From an uncultured Thermoleophilia bacterium (GTDB lineage Bacteria > Actinomycetota > Thermoleophilia > UBA2241), in assembly GCA_963702475.1 (NCBI GenBank), contig CAVPCT010000001.1:200545-264544 (forward strand): DNA of 64,000 nucleotides, in the 5' to 3' direction. The notes under the pieces are model-generated. The model was not told the origin of the DNA, did not search any database, and saw only the letters and a list, made by a program, of their open reading frames with translations. Made by a program: the position numbers and the translations under genes. Below are positions 61,024-64,000 of the stretch, piece by piece (positions within the stretch are counted from its first letter, which is position 1; each line of letters begins with the position of its first letter).

Positions 61024-62926
61024 TGCCTGTTCCCCTCCAGGAACACCTGGTGCCACACCTCCAGCGTGAGGAGTGCCCAGATGCGATACGTGTTGTCGGC
61101 GCGCCCTTGCCTGTCATCTTCTATCATGCGGCGGACGGCCGCCGCACTGAAATAGCCTCGCGCAGCGATACGCTCGGGGCTCAAGAGGTCGTCAACCATC
61201 TCCCGAAGGTCGTGGCGGAGCCACGTGCGGATAGGCGCTCCAAAACCGGCCTTGCGACGGTGAAGGATGGCCGCGGGAACGAGACCGCTCATGGCCTTCC
61301 TCAGCAGGTACTTGGAGGTCAGGCCGTGCAGCTTCAGGTCGACGGGAACGGTGCACATGAAGTCGACGATCTCATTGTCGAGGTACGGCACCCGTGTCTC
61401 GACGGATGCAGCCATGCTCAGCTTGTCACAGTACGCCAGGTTGAGTTCCGGCAAGAACGTCTTCCAGTCCGTGTAGAGCATCTTGTTCAGGAAGTCGCCA
61501 GCGGGAGCGTCCGCATGTACTCCTCGTGCTCGGACCAGGCGTGCTCGCCGGCGAGCTCGCGGCGAAGCTCCGGAGTGTACAGGCCGAGGAGTTCGTCGTC
61601 GCCGTAGTAGGCGCGGTAGAAGGCGAAGCGGGCGTCTGGCTCGAGCGGCACGCCGGCCGCCAGCTTGCGCACGTAGCGGTCGACGGCCAGGACGAAACCC
61701 TCGCGGACACCGGGATCTGCCAGCGTGAGGGCAGGCAGGTCAGAGCCCAGGGCACGACCTCGCCGGCGAAGCCGGCGGCAGGCCGCAAAGCAGCTTGGGC
61801 CCAGCGGTGCATCTGGTGCACGCGGTACCCGGCGAAGATCTCGTCGGCACCCTGGCCGCTGAGCAGTACAGTGGACGTGGATCGTGCAGCCTCGCTGATG
61901 AGCAGCGTGGCGATCGCGGCGGGGTCTGCGACCGGCTCGTCGAGATGCCAGACGACCCTGGGGAGCAGGTCGACGATCGGGGGCAACCTCGATGCGCTCG
62001 AGGTCTGCGCCGTAGGCGGCGCAGCGACAGCGGCATAGCGGGCGTCGTCGGCTGACTGCTCGAGAGCCGAGTCCTGCGCGCGAAAGGCGATCGTGTAGCA
62101 GCGAGGCGGCGAGTCGGAGACGCAGGATGCCAGGGCGAGCAGCGCGGTGGAGTCCAGCCCGCCGCTCAAGAATACTCCCAGGGGCACGTCGCTACGAAGC
62201 TGGCGCCGCACCGCGCCGAGAAGTAGCTCACGAGTTCGCCTGCCAAGCAGGGACGAGCGTCATCCGGCGCGAACTCGGCCCCCAGAAGGTCTCGTGCGTC
62301 AGGCGTCCCCCCCGCCAGACCAGGCAACTGGCTGGCTCAAGCTTCTTGACCCCGGGAAAAATCGTCCGCGGCGCCGGCACCCACAGATACGCGAGATAGC
62401 GATGCAGCGCCCCGGATCGAGGCTTTCGAGACGGTAGCCACCGGCGATCAGTGCCTTAACCTCTGACGCGAACAGAGCCCATCGTCTTCGCGTGTAGTAC
62501 AGCGGCTTCACACCGAAGCGGTCGCGAGCAAAGGTCAACCCGGCGCGGGGATCCCAGAGCGCGAGGGCGAAGATGCCGTTGAGGCGAGGAAGAACCCCCT
62601 TCCCCACTCCTCGTAGCCGCGCAGAACCACCTCGGTGTCGGTGTCCGAGAGGAACCGGTGGCCGTTGGCTTCCAATTCCCGCCTGAGCTCCCGGTAGTTG
62701 TACACCTCGCCGTTGTAGGTGATCGTTACACCGGTCTGGGCGAAGTCATGGGCATGTGCCCCTTGGGCGACAGATCAAGGATCGCCAGTCGGCGGTTCCC
62801 AGACCGATCTGGCCGAGTCGTCGACGAAGACCCCCCCGTCGTCGGGCCCGCGGTGAACGAGCGCTCGGTCATGCGCTCGAGGGCGTCCCGATCGACATAG
62901 CCAGCTGTTCCGCAGATACCGCACAT
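61020..62926 (-). CDS. asnB: Asparagine synthase-like amidotransferase (glutamine-hydrolysing), multiple frameshifts
   Basis: MCGICG, RRLAILDL, YNGEVYNY, RDRFGVKPLYY, SDVPLGVFLSGGLDS, SGQGADE.FAGY, DK.SMA.SVE.RVP.LD, K.GF..P. Confidence 0.88.
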
Positions 62927-63049
62927 TATTAGCCCATCGCCCAGCCGAAAGAGGGGCCTTGGCAAAGAGCCCAAGTGAGAACTGGCGCCGGTGGCGACAC
63001 AGCTGCCTGGCTGATGGGGAGCGACAGCTCAGCCGTCTCCTCATGGCTG

Positions 63050-64000
63050 TGGACCCTCTTCGCGTTTCGTAGAAGTACCTCATGGAAGGAGGCCGTAGGT
63101 ACTCGCGCCGCGACACGTCTGGGCGCGAAGCCTTGACCTTCTCGCGACCGCTTCGCCGACATCTCGCGGCGCAGGGTCCCCGTCGACAAGAAACGCGGCG
63201 GAGCGCGTCAGCTAGCAGGTCCGTGCGCCCGGGGGGCACAGAGAGCGGGTTCCTGCCCCCCGACCAGATGATCGGCGGCGCCTCGAATGCCTGCGGTGAT
63301 GGTGGGCAATCCTGCATCCATTGCTTCGGCGAGGACAGCGGGGAAACCCTCGCCATAGGACGGAAGAGCAAAGATGTCCGCGCCCGGTAGGCGCACGCGA
63401 GCTTCGGGACCGTCGCAGAGTGGCCCTAGCAGGCTACCGTCGTATCCCTGGAGTCCTTTGGAGCGGATGAACCCAGCCAGAGGCTTGCGCGCTCCTCTCC
63501 GTCCCCCGCAAACGAGACTGCGGTCACGAATCCCTTCGCCTTGCACCCTGGCTTACCGCTTCCACCAAATCGAAGACTCCCTTCGCCGCAATCAGGCGAC
63601 CAACAAAAAGGATCAGCGGAGGTCGAACCCCTCAGCCAAGTCGACCCTATTCGTATGGCGGGGTCGCTCCAGAGCCACGCTGGTGCACATACGTGTTGGC
63701 GACGCAACGTGAAACTTGCCCGCGCGGCTCAAAGGCCCTCCACTCTCTGGCCTCCTCGCTCGAGAGCACAAGGACCGCATCGGCGGTTCCTCGCCAACCA
63801 CCGTGATGCCGCCTTCATCGCGAAGCGCCAGGGCATGGACAGCTCATTCGAGAGACTGCCGTGGAACTGCACGATCCGGCGTCTTGCCAGGCCCGCGCGT
63901 GGCCAGCAATAGAGGAAGAGGTCACGCCAAAGGGCTCGCCGGTCGTGCGCCGTGCTGACGAAGAGCACATCGAATTCGCCGTGGCTTAGGAGATGACGTA
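63050..64000 (-). CDS. GT4-family glycosyltransferase, partial (5' end beyond the window), frameshifted; boundaries approximate
   Basis: ADIFALPSYGEGFPAVLAEAMDAGLP motif (about 63310-63385); upstream fragment IVQFHG. Confidence 0.7.

Overview
High-GC bacterial chromosomal window with several actinobacterial-style leaderless promoters and an anaerobic gene set (IorAB, PaaK, non-Pyl MttB, HydABC/Bfu-type module); a Thermoleophilia-like actinobacterium is plausible but is inference only. Positions 1-36.7 kb hold housekeeping, regulatory and envelope genes: sensor kinase, pncB/pncA, Rrf2, galE, M6 protease, TlpA-CcdA, MarR-MFS, iorAB-ACT-paaK, class A PBP and tat. Positions 36.9-51.9 kb are an unusual complex I operon (nuoABCDH...JKLMN). 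In it nuoI is split in two, and a three-gene HydC/HydB/NfnB-NuoG-like (Stn/Bfu-type) electron-bifurcation module sits between the halves: NuoI-N is fused to the NuoE-like subunit and NuoI-C to the NADPH-oxidoreductase subunit. A second notable element is a small FmdB-type zinc-ribbon gene ending F-G-TGA-G-TGA, followed by an fdhF-like SECIS hairpin (candidate selenoprotein) and preceded by a CsoR/CstR-like operator. Several intact ORFs have lost their catalytic motifs (CbiA-like, rhomboid, family-4 UDG, GGDEF). Positions 52.2-64 kb are part of a surface-polysaccharide locus with many frameshifts, probably long-read indel errors. No rRNA, tRNA, CRISPR array or transposase was seen.
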